The notes below the pieces were generated by a model. That model was not told the DNA's origin. It was given only the letters and a program-made list of their open reading frames with translations, and did not search any database. Both the position numbers and the translations under genes were made by a program. From Paraphysomonas bandaiensis (lineage: Eukaryota; Protista; Chrysophyceae), in the NCBI GenBank assembly GCA_965644295.1, contig CBFFRP010000303.1:23251-87250 (forward strand): a stretch of 64,000 nucleotides of DNA, written 5' to 3'. Below, in pieces: positions 10,942 through 24,105 of the stretch. The stretch's first letter is position 1; every line of letters begins with the position of its first letter.

Positions 10942-11876
10942 ATGTCTCGTCAAGGACATCAACCACCTGAGTTTCTTCAATCAATGCCACAAGTCAGCCC
11001 GGCTATGCTCAATTATGGCGTGGAAACGACGTCTAATATACTCAAGAAACAGAGAGATATATATATGCCGGGAATGTCTAATTTTTGGCATTCCTTGAAA
11101 GTTTATTTTATGGTAATAATGTCCTCAGGTGCTTTCTGTAATATAAATGTCTTCTTATAGGTTAGCAATACCTATGTTATTAAGAAAGTGCCTATTGTAA
11201 TATTCCCATTTCAAACAAAAGCTTGGGCCAGAGTAGGTGAAGATGATATCTCTGTAAGTTATTCTCAAGTAAGCACTTTCACGACGTGCAATGTAACTTG
11301 TGATTGTTGCGAATCACCAGGAAGAAGTATCTACCCATAAGTGGCTTCCACCCAAGTATGACGTGAACGCCCCAGATTTGTATATTCCGACAATGGCCTT
11401 TGTTACTTATGTCTTACTAGTGGGATTAGTGAAAGGTGCCAACAATAAATTCACTCCTGAGGTTTTAATTCAAGCGGTGTGGAGCTGCGTTCTTCTCCAG
11501 CTATGCGAAGCTGGGCTGATGAAATTAGGCCTTAGTATGATGCAAGCGAACCTTCCTTTTTTGGATCTCTTTGCTTACACAGGATATAAATATGTGGGTA
11601 TCTGTGTTGCGACACTCTCACTGATATTTGGGTCTACAATGTACTTCCTTGCGAGTTTATACACCGGTGAGTTAGTCGTGCACTGCTTCTCTGTCACATT
11701 CTAAGTTTATTTGGTCCGTTTCTTCAGGAATTTCTATCGCTTTCTTTGTGCTGAAGAGCATGGCAAGCGCAGTTCCAACAACTGCAGTTAGCTCCTCGGG
11801 TCCACCTCGCCATCTCGTTATCTTAGCCTTTGCCGTCATGCAATTCCTTGTTACTGCTCTTCTTTGCTACTTGTAG
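10942..11876 (+). CDS. YIF1: YIF1-family ER-Golgi trafficking membrane protein (4 exons)
   Basis: DVNAPDLYIPTMAFVTYVLL and DLFAYTGYKYV motifs. GT-AG introns at about 11113-11160, 11254-11320 and 11668-11727; TAG at 11874-11876. Confidence 0.9.
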
Positions 11877-12216
11877 ATGGACTAGTATAATTTTTTTATG
11901 TGCTTGTAGTTCCTTTATTTAGGTCTAGTCGAGCCGCGCAAATTATTTAGTGCCTATGTAATCATAAGAATCTAGACTTAATATTTCATCTGTTTGTTTC
12001 TTACGAAGGAATTCCGATTCTGGAAAATGTATTTGATAAAGTTTGATATATCATATCGTAAAAATAGAAATTTATTTATTAGAAACAATTAAGACAGCTG
12101 TCATACACATTCTACTAAAGAAAAATTAAAACATAAGACGCAATGAAGTATATGCATCCGTTGTAAACTGAAAAACGCGAATGCATAAAGCATGTGATGC
12201 CTTTAAAAACACACTT

Positions 12217-12861
12217 TTACCATAAATCATTCTCATCATCTACATATTCTATGTTTGTTCTGAAGTCGTCGAAACAGGTGGATGAAGTGTCCAAGGATAT
12301 ATCGCTGTCAACACTGTTATCATCAAATAGATTTTCATTGTAAATAGGAGGGACTGATTGATTCGAAGAACATGACTGGTAACATGAAGATGACGGGTCT
12401 AAATTTGTATGGAATGAGCTTTCACAATGAGAAATCATTGGTGCTAATTGAGAGAGGTCGAAAAAATTGCTTGGAGATTGAATACGAGGTGTGGCCACCA
12501 AACTTCCCGGATTACATGGGGATATGTGAGACTTTATACCACTCTGTGGTAAATATGTTTCGCAATTGAAATCGCATGGTAAAGGATCACAAAAATTTGA
12601 TATCTCATGGCGTCCATCCTTTGAATCCTGACACGACTTTGTTGTTAGTGTGTATGCGAAACCGCTGTCGTTGCCATAGCCATGACAACAGCATTCAGAG
12701 CTAAAATCGCCCGAACTCGAATATTGCAAAGAATATTGCTGCCAAAATAAATCAATAGACTTGCACTGGCCAGGTGGGGGGGAGGATCTGCGGCGATACT
12801 TCAATACATGTTGGGAGGGGTCTGCCCCTAGAACACCTATATCTGCTGCTGATCTCTTCAT
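12217..12861 (-). CDS. Hypothetical Ser/Cys-rich protein
   Basis: 214-aa ATG-initiated ORF, divergent from the next gene across a promoter-like interval; no recognisable domain. Confidence 0.5.
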   Translation of the reverse strand: MKRSAADIGVLGADPSQHVLKYRRRSSPPPGQCKSIDLFWQQYSLQYSSSGDFSSECCCHGYGNDSGFAYTLTTKSCQDSKDGRHEISNFCDPLPCDFNCETYLPQSGIKSHISPCNPGSLVATPRIQSPSNFFDLSQLAPMISHCESSFHTNLDPSSSCYQSCSSNQSVPPIYNENLFDDNSVDSDISLDTSSTCFDDFRTNIEYVDDENDLW

Positions 12862-13228
12862 TGAAAATTCAGGTACTGACTTTTAAGCACTAAAGCTGCT
12901 TGGACTGAAGTATTTCTGCACTCTTACAACGGATTGATTGCCCTCGGTATCATGTTGCGATGAATGGACACCTTGGCCCACGATGGACATCTAGACTGCA
13001 TCTGTCTCCGTATCCTCTGTGAGTGTATATACGTAGTGTATACGCGGTATACAGTATATTGTTGCTGTGATGTATACATGTGAGCTGTATACTCAACTGT
13101 GCTGTATATGAGCATCATCAGGGGGGAGTGTGATAAGACACGCACTGAAGCTCCCCATTGTGCTTTATGTGTATGTGAGGCAACTCTCTTCATCTGCCAC
13201 TAGTTTTAGTGAATATTTAGTGTTCGTT

Positions 13229-14739
13229 ATGGTTGATAGGCTCAATAAGATCGTGATATTATTCCTCTGTCCTCTCATAGTAAGCGCACGCTCTTTAATT
13301 ACCAATGAGACTATTTGCGGGATGTTACCGTTGCATAACGGAAGCATGACTGCGCTTTCTCACCAAGAGAAAGTTGCATATTGCAAGCACTTTAAGCCTT
13401 ATGTGGTGAATAGCGTGACTAAACCAGACATGTGTGTAGCCAGAGAGGATTCCATGGTAAAATATGCTGCTTTATTGTGCATATGAATCTTAGCGTAGTG
13501 TATCCTGCGTATTCTGATTTTCGACTTCTATTTTATTATCAAGGTAATAATATTTGTTGTGCAGCTTAAAAATGGAAGATCAATTATTGGAATAATAGAA
13601 ACAAGAGGTTATCTGCCAACTTGCCGTGTAATGCAACTGCTCTTGTGGATGATGGCTACAGTAACTGGCGGAGTTTTGCGCAGTAAACTCTTTATTGATG
13701 TTGGTAAGCGCGCACATTTCATTCATGTACCCTACCCTATCTATCAATCACAGAGTATATAATTTATGACCACTGAGCTACCTTATTCTAGGGTCCAATA
13801 TTGGGTCGTGTAGTGTTTGCATGTCATCACTTGGGCTACACTCTATAGCAATCGAACCATATCTGCCCCATGTGGACATAATACATGCCTCAAAGCGGCT
13901 AAATTCTCACAGTATGCATATAATTCACGGAGGGGCTGGTGAAGTATCCACGTCACAAAATGTCGTATTCGAACATGGTGGGCAAAACTTTGGGGCCACA
14001 AGGATAGATCAGGTAACAACTCCCGGTAGGTTGCGGAAAAGGAAGTTGGGAGAACAATATGTGATTTCGAAAGTTGAATCTGGAAAACTTGACATAGTTG
14101 CTCTTTTCGATATCATTCCAAATGACAAGGAGGTTAGACTAAGTGATTTGTACTGTTAAATTTACATCGGTATTTAGGTATCTATGCTGAAGCTTGATTG
14201 TGAGGGATGTGAATGGAAGGCTTTATTAGGGTGAGCATAGTGTGATTTCACACCGTAGTTAGTCTTACTGGTTCTTCTTAGTCTCGGAAACAAGCTCAAA
14301 CAGGTTGCGATGATCAAAATGGAGGTGGGGAACAAGTACTTTCCGGGACCTAATAACACAGCGACGCCGTACTCGAATGTGCTTCATTATCTACACGACA
14401 AGTAAGTTGAAAACTTTACCAATTTTTATAGTAGCGATGACGCTGTTTTGATGCAGCGATTTTGTACTTTTCAAAGATATATATCCTGATACTGCTTACT
14501 ACTTTGGCAAACGAAAAGGATTTTTAGATCCAATTGATGAGCTCTTTGGAGCTCTCCACGCGCCGCAGGATAATGGAGTGGATATCGACGTACTGCGAAG
14601 AAGTGCGGTCAGTATACTGAAGGCTGAAATTAAGGAATCCTCTTTTACTCAAATGTGGAAGCGAAGGGAATTATTGGATGTTATTGCCATTCGCCGTGAC
14701 ATATATCTCCAAATGAATGCTTTTTTTGTGAAAACCTAG
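13229..14739 (+). CDS. FkbM-family (Methyltransf_21) SAM methyltransferase, spliced, with hydrophobic N-terminus
   Basis: FIDVG|SNIG motif I split by an intron, SIAIEP, MLKLDCEGCEWKAL. Final exon is open to TAG at 14737-14739. Confidence 0.8.
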
Positions 14740-15248
14740 TATTAACGAAACGTACCATCGATTCATTATACAAAACATTATAAAAAATTAATAATTGTGT
14801 TGGTACTCAGTCTGTTTCTTTAAAAGTTGTTATTAACGAAATCGTACCATGTATGGTGCTGTGTCAAGTTGCCCTACCGGGTATCCGTGACATTGTGATA
14901 CCAGATTCTCTGACCCTGGCTCAACTAAACCAAACTGAGTGCCCACAGCTCTGATTTGATCTTCATGACCTGTGTCACGAGAAGGATCATATCCTTCTAA
15001 CAATATCCAATGACTCTACCCACTACCTACAAGATAGGTTCTAGCAGAGTCCTGCCCTCAAACTTAGGTTCCTTCATAATAATAATATAATATCATATAT
15101 ATTATATAATATAATAACATGTAAATATACACTATATATTACTACTGGCCACCTACAAGTAAGTTCCAACATAAAGATATTACATCTTATTATCAACGCA
15201 CCTATGATTCCCAGGCCAAAGAATTGACCTTCATCCACTTTCTATACC

Positions 15249-16127
15249 TATTGACTACTGGTCATTTTCACAGTTAAGATCGTTAAGAGAAGTTTATCGT
15301 AATCAAACCCCTCAACAAAGTCGAACTCGCATCTTTCGTGGTGTTTTGGGGGATAAGTTCCAGAGATATGTCTCCAGGAAACAAATGAGATCCGCAAACA
15401 TAGCGAGCAGATAACGTTCTGCCCACTCATAGCCTAATGCTTGTGTGGTACAAGGGACACCAATAAGTGTAACTTGTGTAGACGTCTTTGGGCCTTGACT
15501 AATAAACAGGCATCCGGAAATGGGCCCACCTCAAGGGTAACCGGGATTTTGGGCTGCCTGCTGAAGTCAAGCATCTGGGATGTTCACTTTAAGGATTCAA
15601 AAAATCTGAAGTCAGCAGATGCCAGGTATATCAACATTCTGCTTGCTCACGGCGTTTGCTTTGAGCGATAGAGCGGAGGTGGTTGCACCTTGGTGCTTGC
15701 TGCGACGCACAAGCAGCCTCCGTAGCGTTAAACAGTAGGATAATAGGGTTTGTACTAGTTAGTTATAGGTAGACGTCTCTCTAGCTTGACTAGTTTTATT
15801 CTAGCTACTAAACTGGTGCTGATTCTTAACACATATTGCTAATAATAAGACTTTCAATAATCGTAACCAAACTATATGGACTCTTTTATTAAATTGCATA
15901 CACAATTGTGTGTGTTGTCATGTAAAACATGTCAACAACATGATAATTTATTTCGTTCATGTCAACCACTGCTCAACTTCCGTATCTTGAATCGTTATAA
16001 TGCAATACTTCAGTTTCACAGCTATAGCTATATAGTATCTTTGGCAACGTATTACTGTTTTTCACATTATTGTATTTATCGTATTCTACAGTACTATCTT
16101 CGAGAGCGAGCCATAAGTATTCCAACA
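15249..16127 (-). mobile_element. Solo LTR of copia family B interrupted by a retroposon
   Basis: 15249-15308 and 15873-16127 align to the family B LTR; 5-bp TSD ATACC (15244-15248, 16128-16132). Confidence 0.88.
15309..15859 (+). mobile_element. Full-length ribozyme-headed non-autonomous retroposon (SINE/SIDER-like), copy 1
   Basis: Starts CCCTCAAC, ends TAATAATAAGACTTTCAATA; 13-bp TSD ATCGTAA(T/C)CAAAC; homologous to the copies at 24731, 32024, 41277 and 52098. Confidence 0.88.
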
Positions 16128-17080
16128 ATACCTATACGCCAGTCGAAACACAGTAAATGCTGATAGCTCATTATCATCGTATAAGGGAAGATACATTCGG
16201 GATTTCGTTGTAGTTGATGCAAAGTACATCTAGTTCAAATGCAATATACGATCAAAATACGCATTTATAAACAAAAAGAGTATTGACATCATGTGCTTCA
16301 AATTTCAAATTCAATCTCTTGAGGACAACATAGAACACGTGAAGTACAACTGCATTACTGGATAATTCGGCAATACACCTCTATTATCCTGAATTAAAAA
16401 ACGTATTCTCCAGTAAAATTTTCCAACAGTGCGTATCATAAATATGTCCAGTAAATATCATCAATCATGGTTCTAATCATCATACATCATTGCTAGTCTG
16501 CATTATATATCAGTTATCTGTTATCTCTTTACCTATTTCTGTTATATATCATGGTATAATTTAAAATAAAACATATCATATAATAGTCATTTTATTCAAT
16601 AGATCCTGATTCATGGAGTCGATTTTCATAATAATTGTATCCTTTCAAACATGGAATATGTACAAGCTTAAGTATATGCAATAGAGAGCTCATAGTATAC
16701 AAAAACCTAGTAGCCGGTTATTACAACATTGTGCAAACCAAAAAGAGGTAAAACTGATTATACAACTCAGAACACATTGTACACTAACTAATATACATAT
16801 TATGAAATTAGCATGCAATATTTTAGACACAGGACAATACTTCTTGCTTTGAGTTGATTCAAACATCCTTTCATACATATGTCCTCATGATATGATCTTT
16901 CTAAGCAAACACTGTAACGCAAAGTGTTGACAACGTGAATATCTTTAGAATAAAAAAGAGTACAAGAAAAACATCTCCTCTAGAAACATTTCGGGATTAC
17001 AACGCATAAGTGGTCGGATAATGTACACTCTGTGTTGCGGATGGTGAGGTTTAGAAATCCATCATCCATTGCCTAAAGAG

Positions 17081-17539
17081 TTAGGTTTGAGCATCCTCTT
17101 GAGCTTGAACTATGGCTTTGTATAAACACTCAATAGTATCATCAAAACGACCACTCAATTTATACGCTTGCGCCATGTTACTCAAAGAGGATGAGCTACC
17201 GCGTTGAAGAATGTCCACTGCCTTCTGCAGGTATTCTATGGCAGGACGAAATCTACGCTGGTCATGATAAACACGTCCGATACTGATGTAGATCTCTACG
17301 ACCGCATCACTCTCACTATCACACCCCTCTTCACTCAGAGCACCTAGCGCATCATTGTAGTGTTTGAGGGCATTTTCAAGTCGACCCTGAGAGTACGACA
17401 AGTCTCCGTGCCTCTTCAAACCCTGAGAGGACGACAAGTCTCCGTGCCTCTTCAAACCCTGAGAGGACGACAAGTCTCCGTGCCTCTTCAAACCCTGAGA
17501 GGACGACAAGTCTCCGTGCCTCTTCAAACTATCGGCCAT
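17081..17539 (-). CDS. Small TPR-repeat protein with a tandemly amplified N-terminal 12-aa unit
   Basis: TPR-like helices (ALKHYNDAL, IGRVYHDQRRFRPAIEYLQKAV, MAQAYKLSGRFDDTIECLYKAI); LKRHGDLSSSQG x4. Confidence 0.7.
   Translation of the reverse strand: MADSLKRHGDLSSSQGLKRHGDLSSSQGLKRHGDLSSSQGLKRHGDLSYSQGRLENALKHYNDALGALSEEGCDSESDAVVEIYISIGRVYHDQRRFRPAIEYLQKAVDILQRGSSSSLSNMAQAYKLSGRFDDTIECLYKAIVQAQEDAQT
17384..17529. repeat. 36-bp coding tandem repeat x4
   Basis: Contiguous unit ACCCTGAGAGGACGACAAGTCTCCGTGCCTCTTCAA; no spacers. Confidence 0.95.
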
Positions 17540-18001
17540 TACACACTACACAAACACTGAGTGGGATTCACGTATGCGAACAGCACACTCATAAATCTTC
17601 TTCTGCCTCCACTTCCTTACGACAAACGCACACTTCGTTTGAGCGACTTCTTCAGCAGTAAAGACGCACACACGAAATCTGCTCAGGAAAAATACTGAAA
17701 ATGATACTATGTATACGGTATACCATACAGTATTATGATGGTATACGTCGTATGACCTGTTGTCGTAGGGGAGACACCCACACCTACATATGATACCAGG
17801 GATACGACATCCAGCTCTGTCCTAAAGCAGCTTCTTGAATGCGTGTTTTTTTTTGACGACAATTGTCGAAGGGGTTAGCTGCAGGACTATACATACATCA
17901 AACATAACCAAGTTCTCATTATATTGTGTAGATATTGTTAAATATAAGGTCACCACTTCTCCATTGGGGATATGGAATAGTCCCGTAAACAGAAGGAGCA
18001 C

Positions 18002-18403
18002 ATGTCAAATACTATTCTTACAGATGATGCTACCGTAACGGACCCAGATTGGGAAATTTTTGAAGATGTGGATTCAAGTGATGAACCACGACAGGAATTG
18101 GACCAAACTGTAATGTCGCAATCATATATTGATATCGGAATACCTGCGTCTAATGAGACACAGAATATATTGACTCCGGTTTTTGAAGAACCAGAAATTG
18201 AACGGACGCTGGGGAGCACTAATTCAGAAGACAAAAAACACGAAGCACTAGAGCTTGAACCGGCTGATGCCACACCTACTACAGATACGCCAGTTATACA
18301 ACATGAACATTGGTGGCAGAAAAGTAGTGTCGGGATTGCTGTTTTAGTTGGTGCAGTTTCAGTGGTGGCGTTCGCCATCGCCAAATCATCACATCACAAA
18401 TAG
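18002..18403 (+). CDS. Hypothetical acidic, tail-anchored membrane protein
   Basis: 133-aa ORF with an acidic low-complexity body, C-terminal hydrophobic helix VGIAVLVGAVSVVAFAIA and short basic tail. Confidence 0.65.
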   Translation: MSNTILTDDATVTDPDWEIFEDVDSSDEPRQELDQTVMSQSYIDIGIPASNETQNILTPVFEEPEIERTLGSTNSEDKKHEALELEPADATPTTDTPVIQHEHWWQKSSVGIAVLVGAVSVVAFAIAKSSHHK

Positions 18404-19269
18404 CGACGCATCGATATGAAGAAACGAGATGTTGTATGAAATCATTGTATGAACATTCAACAATGTGTGGCGTGTTTTATTAATAACTATTTATTCCTTT
18501 TGTCTTTCACGAACCACCATCTGGGCTTGGAAGATGTCGACACATGTAACTCACTGCAATTCTTCTCCGCCCCCTGTAGGCTGTATTCAATAGAACATAA
18601 AATACAAATACAATTTTGCTTAGAGATTGTTTTATTTAACCATGGGTATAAGGAAGCTATATCGTCCCGTGCCCGAGTCTTATAATTTGGGCAAGGGGCG
18701 ATACTCGTTATCCCTGAGTTAAATTGTACATTGTACCTTGTCCTCATGATGTTGAAAGCCTAAAATATCTAATAGAAAATATTTGCTTGCTGTAATAGAA
18801 AATAGGTGCTTCCTGCTTAACATTAAGAAAATGAAAAATCAATAGGATCGATATATATAAGCTTAGTTAATAACAATTGTACTAGATTAGCTCAAAAACA
18901 ATAAATTCACAAACTTCAATTATAGCTACAAAATATGTTATTACCCTACCACAGAGGGATGGTAAGGGAATAGCACACTGTGATGAAGAGCTGAAAACAT
19001 ACAGTAGTACGAGGCTTCTTGTTGTCGCTGGCATTATCCTCTAATTCTCACAGTTTAGGTGTTTAGCTACATCACGTTTAACCCCTACTAGTGTAACTGA
19101 ACCGAACGCTGTGCGTATGATATGAGCCACACAATCCTGATGAACACGATGTTACCTTAACCCTGAAAGTGCTGGATGTCACTGCTCCAAATAGTCTTCA
19201 GCATCAGAGGTGGCAGTAGAACACTCCAGTAATATTGTTGAAGTATTGTTTCAAAGCTCTGGTTATGAA

Positions 19270-19805
19270 TTCTTTTTATTTAGCAATAGGCGTTAGAAAT
19301 CTGTACCAATATAGTGGTTAGTGGAATGCTAGTCATGCTAGTTAGACCTCTACCCATAACTAATCCGTACAAATTCCGTTATCCTACTATTTAACGCTAC
19401 AGAAGCTGCTTGTGCGTCGCCGCAAGCACCAAGGTGTAACAACTTCCGTTCTAAATTTTGTTTGTGAGTTTCGCCCTGCTCGTGCGTCTTTGACTCACTG
19501 GCGCGTGTTGTCTGGGGGTCTTCCCTTAGGATACGGCTCCACCAGGCTCTGTGGGACAGGGTTTTGCATTAAGGTCCGAAATGTACCGAGTACTAGATGT
19601 GCGTTCTGTGAGGTGAGTGGAGTGGTGGAAGGTGTCGGTATTTCCTTGCATCGCTTGGGCATCAGGCATAGGTGTAGTTGCCAGAGACGGCGTATTTGTC
19701 AAGGTCCAGATGTTTTCATGCAGTCCGGTGCTTTTTTCCTGCGTGCATGAGAGGTGGTGCATGTGGTTGCAGTGGATGGTAGTCCAGTCTCTGGTCGTCT
19801 TTGGA
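19270..19805 (-). mobile_element. 5'-truncated LINE 3' end sharing its tail with the SINE family
   Basis: C/A-rich coding-like sequence ending GRPPDNTRQ*, then the CGGAAG...GCACAAGCAGCTTC...CCTATTGCTAAATAAAAAG tail; 13-bp TSD CTC(T/C)GGTTATGAA. Confidence 0.72.
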
Positions 19806-21128
19806 CTCCGGTTATGAAGATAGACATCATCATGATCTTCTACACAAGATGAAGGGTAGAATATAACTAGGAGTGTTTTCGGATCTGTTCTGAAATTCGA
19901 GTCATCACTGTGATTTCTCTATAATTGTGTAATATAATGAAATTACATACGAAAAGACTGCCAATATCATAATTACGATAGAAAAATGTTTCAATTCAAA
20001 CCGAATACTAAAGCAGCTGAATGTCTATATTTACCCAGTGCTAATATAAGCGTTTGATTGAACAAAATCCGGGTCAAAATATTATTATTTAGACAAAATG
20101 GGGATAAGTTTTATTTACGAGAGTTAATGGCATTAGATGTTAAGAGTTTTGTTTAATAGATACAACATGCAATATGCCAGGCATGAAAATGATAGAAATT
20201 TCAATCGTTCGATACTCAACGGTAGCAAAATACTGACAACAACACATACGAGGCTTTTTGTACTGCAATTTGTACTGAATGAATATTGTGGCCCGTATCC
20301 TCAAATCAAATTACAGGATGGCATCTAACGCACGGGACGTACACTTGCGATGTGTATGAAATATCGTGTCCTGCATTCGTACTCAAACCCTTGCAATGCC
20401 GATACCCTAGTACTCATACGAGATCATCTCATATATAGTCGATAACATCACCCTTTGACTGAATCCCAGACAACTTTAAGTGAATGAGGTACTTTGTCCC
20501 ATTCAGAAATCGCCCCACAATTGATCATAATTCTCTATGACACAATGGTTATTTCTACGTATTTTACAGAATTGCATGTTAATAAGTGATATCATGCGTC
20601 ACTGCATTGTACAGGCGAACAAATCAAACTTTAATAATATTTTAACCAAGATAGACTCGTAAATGAGCTCCCTTTGATACATTTTGTGCAGTGCATGCTC
20701 ATATCTTCTGTAGCTCCTATACACACTTGAAACACACTCACCCTTCCTTCATAAAAGCACGTTCATATCACTGGTATGACAGAGAATCTTGATACATGCC
20801 CGTGATTGTGTAGAGCAGAACAATCTCTTGGAGGAGGATCAGATGCAGCAGCCTTTGAGTACAGAATACCGAAATACGGAATACGGAATACCCCGATATG
20901 TTCTCAAAATCAAAGTATATTCCAATATCATTCTAGAAACCCCTGATTTCATACTAGATATTCCAAGATATCATAATTAGTCGTTGATTGTTTTGAAGTA
21001 AAAGCAACACTTTCTTGTGTATATTTACATATACATGTATGGGTGTACTGTATGAGTGAGGTATGTCAAGTGTCCTCGTGACATACAACCATACACAGTG
21101 ATAGACCTGGAGTACATGTCACATTACA

Positions 21129-23686
21129 ATGAGGGCAATAGATTCTATCAGCAGAGACCTATCCGAACCCCGGAGCACTCCTCATTTAGTGTTCTTCATC
21201 AAGGGGGAGAAGCATGCGGGGAAATCGACCCTCATGAACGCTCTCTTCTGTCGTAACTTTATAAGGAGACCAGAGGGGGTTGAGGAGCCACAGGCTGTGA
21301 CAGTGTGTAATGATGAAACTGGTCAACCGACTGTAAAGTATGAATATCGGAATATAAGGGTGGGCCATAGTATACTTGACGGGCTGTTCTCTGTTAATCG
21401 TAAGGTGGAGTACACCTTCATTGACACTACTTCAGCTACTCGTGAATGGTAAATGGACACTCTTTTCGCCTATCTGTTGTTTGATTGTATTCGTGTCTTT
21501 TCAGGTTTGAAACCAACACGAAACTATGTAATGCTGTGATCCTTGTTGTCGACAAAGATAAACTCAGTTGTGATTTATCCCGCCAGCAGTTGCTAGATTC
21601 CACCCTGCATGACCTTGCTGAGGTCTACAAAAGCACTGGGTTTACTCTCCCTCTTATTATAATAGTGAATAAGGTAAAATTCATGCAATGCCAGTCGGAT
21701 TTCACTAACCATTAGACACAGGTGGATGACTGTGACGATACCGAAGATCTGGAGCGAATTAAAGAATTCCAGCGGTTTGTATCAGATACAGTGAAACGCA
21801 GTGATCATTCTGACCAGTCGGTTGGATTCGCTTTCATGTCAGCTCTCGATGCCTATCTGTACCGGTATTGTTTCCTAGTATTCTGTCACTATCATTTACT
21901 GTAGCCTTGCAGAACTTTCACTCTTACAGGAACCTTTGAGAGATTTGATACCAGGGACGTGTTGAGGTTGTGTGGAATGGAACTTGGGGCAGAAGGAAAG
22001 GCGCAAGCCCGAGAACACAAGAACTATCCGGAGTTAGAGGAAGCTCTCAGAGGGCGCGCATTATCTGAGACAGGCAATCAACGATGGAAACTTCACTGTG
22101 GTGTAGATCGGTTAATGGCAACGTTCGATGAATTAATTTTGGCGGAGGTAAATATTTTAGCTGTCATATTGAAGCTTTTCATTTTCTTTATTGCAGCAAT
22201 GTATGTTTTGCATGCTGGAGAAACAGGTTTCTTTACACCTAGAACTTTTCAGCAATCCTTCTCTTTCGTCAAACTGCTCCTCTATTGCTCGCAACATATG
22301 GAGTTTTCCTGTAGCCAGGAAATCTTTAGCGATTGTAACGCAGACTCCTCCACGCAACACAAAATGCTCAGCTGATAAGTGGCTCATGCAGATGCGCAAT
22401 GCACTGGATATACACAATCAGTATGCCTCAGTGTTCAGTTGTGACCCCAATGATGCGACATGCTTTTCCTATCGCCAACGAATATGCCAGTTCTGCAAGG
22501 AGCGCTACAGAGAGTGTCTGGATGGGTATATTGAAGCCGTATTTTTGTCTACGGAAAATATGACTTGTGTGTCAGACTCAATAGTAATGTTAGTTAAACA
22601 CGAGCAGTCTACGGAAAGTATGACTTGTGCATCAGATTTAATAAGGGAGTTAGTGAAACATGAGCAGAGAGACTTCGAAAACTTATTTAGTGCAGAGGAT
22701 TGGGAAGAGATACGCAGTCAGAGTATGTTACATATTATAAAGCTGGTGTGGACTGGTATATTGAGAGATGGAGTCTCTTCGGTTTCAGAGAGTGCTAGTT
22801 TCGGACATGAAAGGATAGTGAATGCAGCTCATGTCACTATCGGAATGATGAAGTCGGGCATGAAGTTCCCTACCATGAAGAAAGTGATTCAGTCTATACT
22901 AGCCCCTTTTATTGCTGAGATGTCCACAGCCATTGCTATAGCACGAATGAATGGTAACGGCGAGGTAATTGACTTAGCTGATAGTTCAAGTGAAGACGAA
23001 AGGCGACCTGCATTCCTTCCCATCAGGTTCGGGCAGGGAGGAAGGGAAGACACCGTATTGACATACCTTGAGAAGGTGATTCTTTCTGCGATTTCAGTAG
23101 AAGGCTGCTCTGAAGCGAAAATGGCATTCCTTGATGCCATGATACGGAAAAAGATTTCCATCCGTCAACATATTGCGGGATACACGGTGTGTTTGAGAGA
23201 GCTTCTTAATAATTATCGGTCAGCAAGGGAGAAGTTTTTTTCATTATTCTTTCCAGTGTTGCATGAACCCATCCCTCTCTGTGATATGGAATGGGGTACC
23301 AAACTGCCACGGGAACTGAATTATAAAACAGATATTCTTGGTAATTCTTTGCTTACAAGCGAAACAGTTTTAGTGGAAAGCATATGTTCTGGACAGGCAT
23401 TGTCTTCCTCGGCACAAAGCTGTGATGCCACTGAGCATACAGTACCTAATCAACTGCATAGCAATGGTTCTACGACTACAGAGTCATCGCTGCCAAAGCG
23501 CAGGAGAATGAACTCGCCACAGACGGTGTGTATATATAACCTGTTTGACAGTGTGATGATTTTCCGCATTTTCAGGTACATAATGACGACTCGCCAAGCA
23601 CATATTCGAGTGAACCGAATACACAATCAAGACGAACAGCGACCCCGTCAAGAATGCGTATAATCAGGAAATTTGGTGAATGCTAA
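21129..23686 (+). CDS. P-loop GTPase-like protein with long helical C-terminus, spliced
   Basis: G1 GEKHAGKSTLMNAL, G3-like FIDT, G4 IVNK|VD; short GT-AG introns; last exon ends TAA at 23684-23686. Confidence 0.7.
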
Positions 23687-24105
23687 TTTTAGTTAAGTAC
23701 ACATCTCCGTAATATAACAGGCACGATTTATCGACAAGTACACAGACAAAGCATCGCTCTTGCTGATTGTAATATGAACTCTAATATAGTGTAGCCAATA
23801 TATACCTGATACCAGTGATATTAATAGTCATACATTCGCGTTGACGTGAAATAGTATATGTGCAGTGATGTCCATCTAAGGTGCATAATTGTACAAGTGC
23901 ATAATTAGTATCCTAGTATTTGGTTTGGTACAGTATTTACTTCGAACACGTGCATAAGCAACATACAATTTACGAAAACGTTGCGATCAAATGTACACAA
24001 GTGTTGTATAAATTGCACATATTGAAGTCGGTGTGAAGTTTTCAGCATATTTTAGTAGAAGATTGCTCTTGTGGAAGTGCCCAAAATTGTACCTGTGATT
24101 CCACA

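Noticed and set aside
15309-15400. tRNA/7SL/5S-derived Pol III head for the SINE
   Set aside because: No convincing A or B box or cloverleaf is visible.
15510-15570. Second ribozyme inside the SINE at GCCCACCTCAAGGG
   Set aside because: It resembles a P3/L3 hairpin, but I could not complete P2 or a J4/2 strand; treated as a simple hairpin.
14862-16195. Outer LTR-like element enclosing the solo LTR at 15249
   Set aside because: TG...CA ends are possible, but there is no TSD or second copy to support the boundaries.
17384-17529. 36-bp repeats as a CRISPR array (also 58955-59097 and 39360-39542)
   Set aside because: Units are contiguous without unique spacers, there are no cas genes, and the context is eukaryotic.
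20290-20860. Decayed coding-like sequence (also 25190-25450 and 41414-41750)
   Set aside because: No recognisable motif, termini or intact frame; cannot be assigned without a search.
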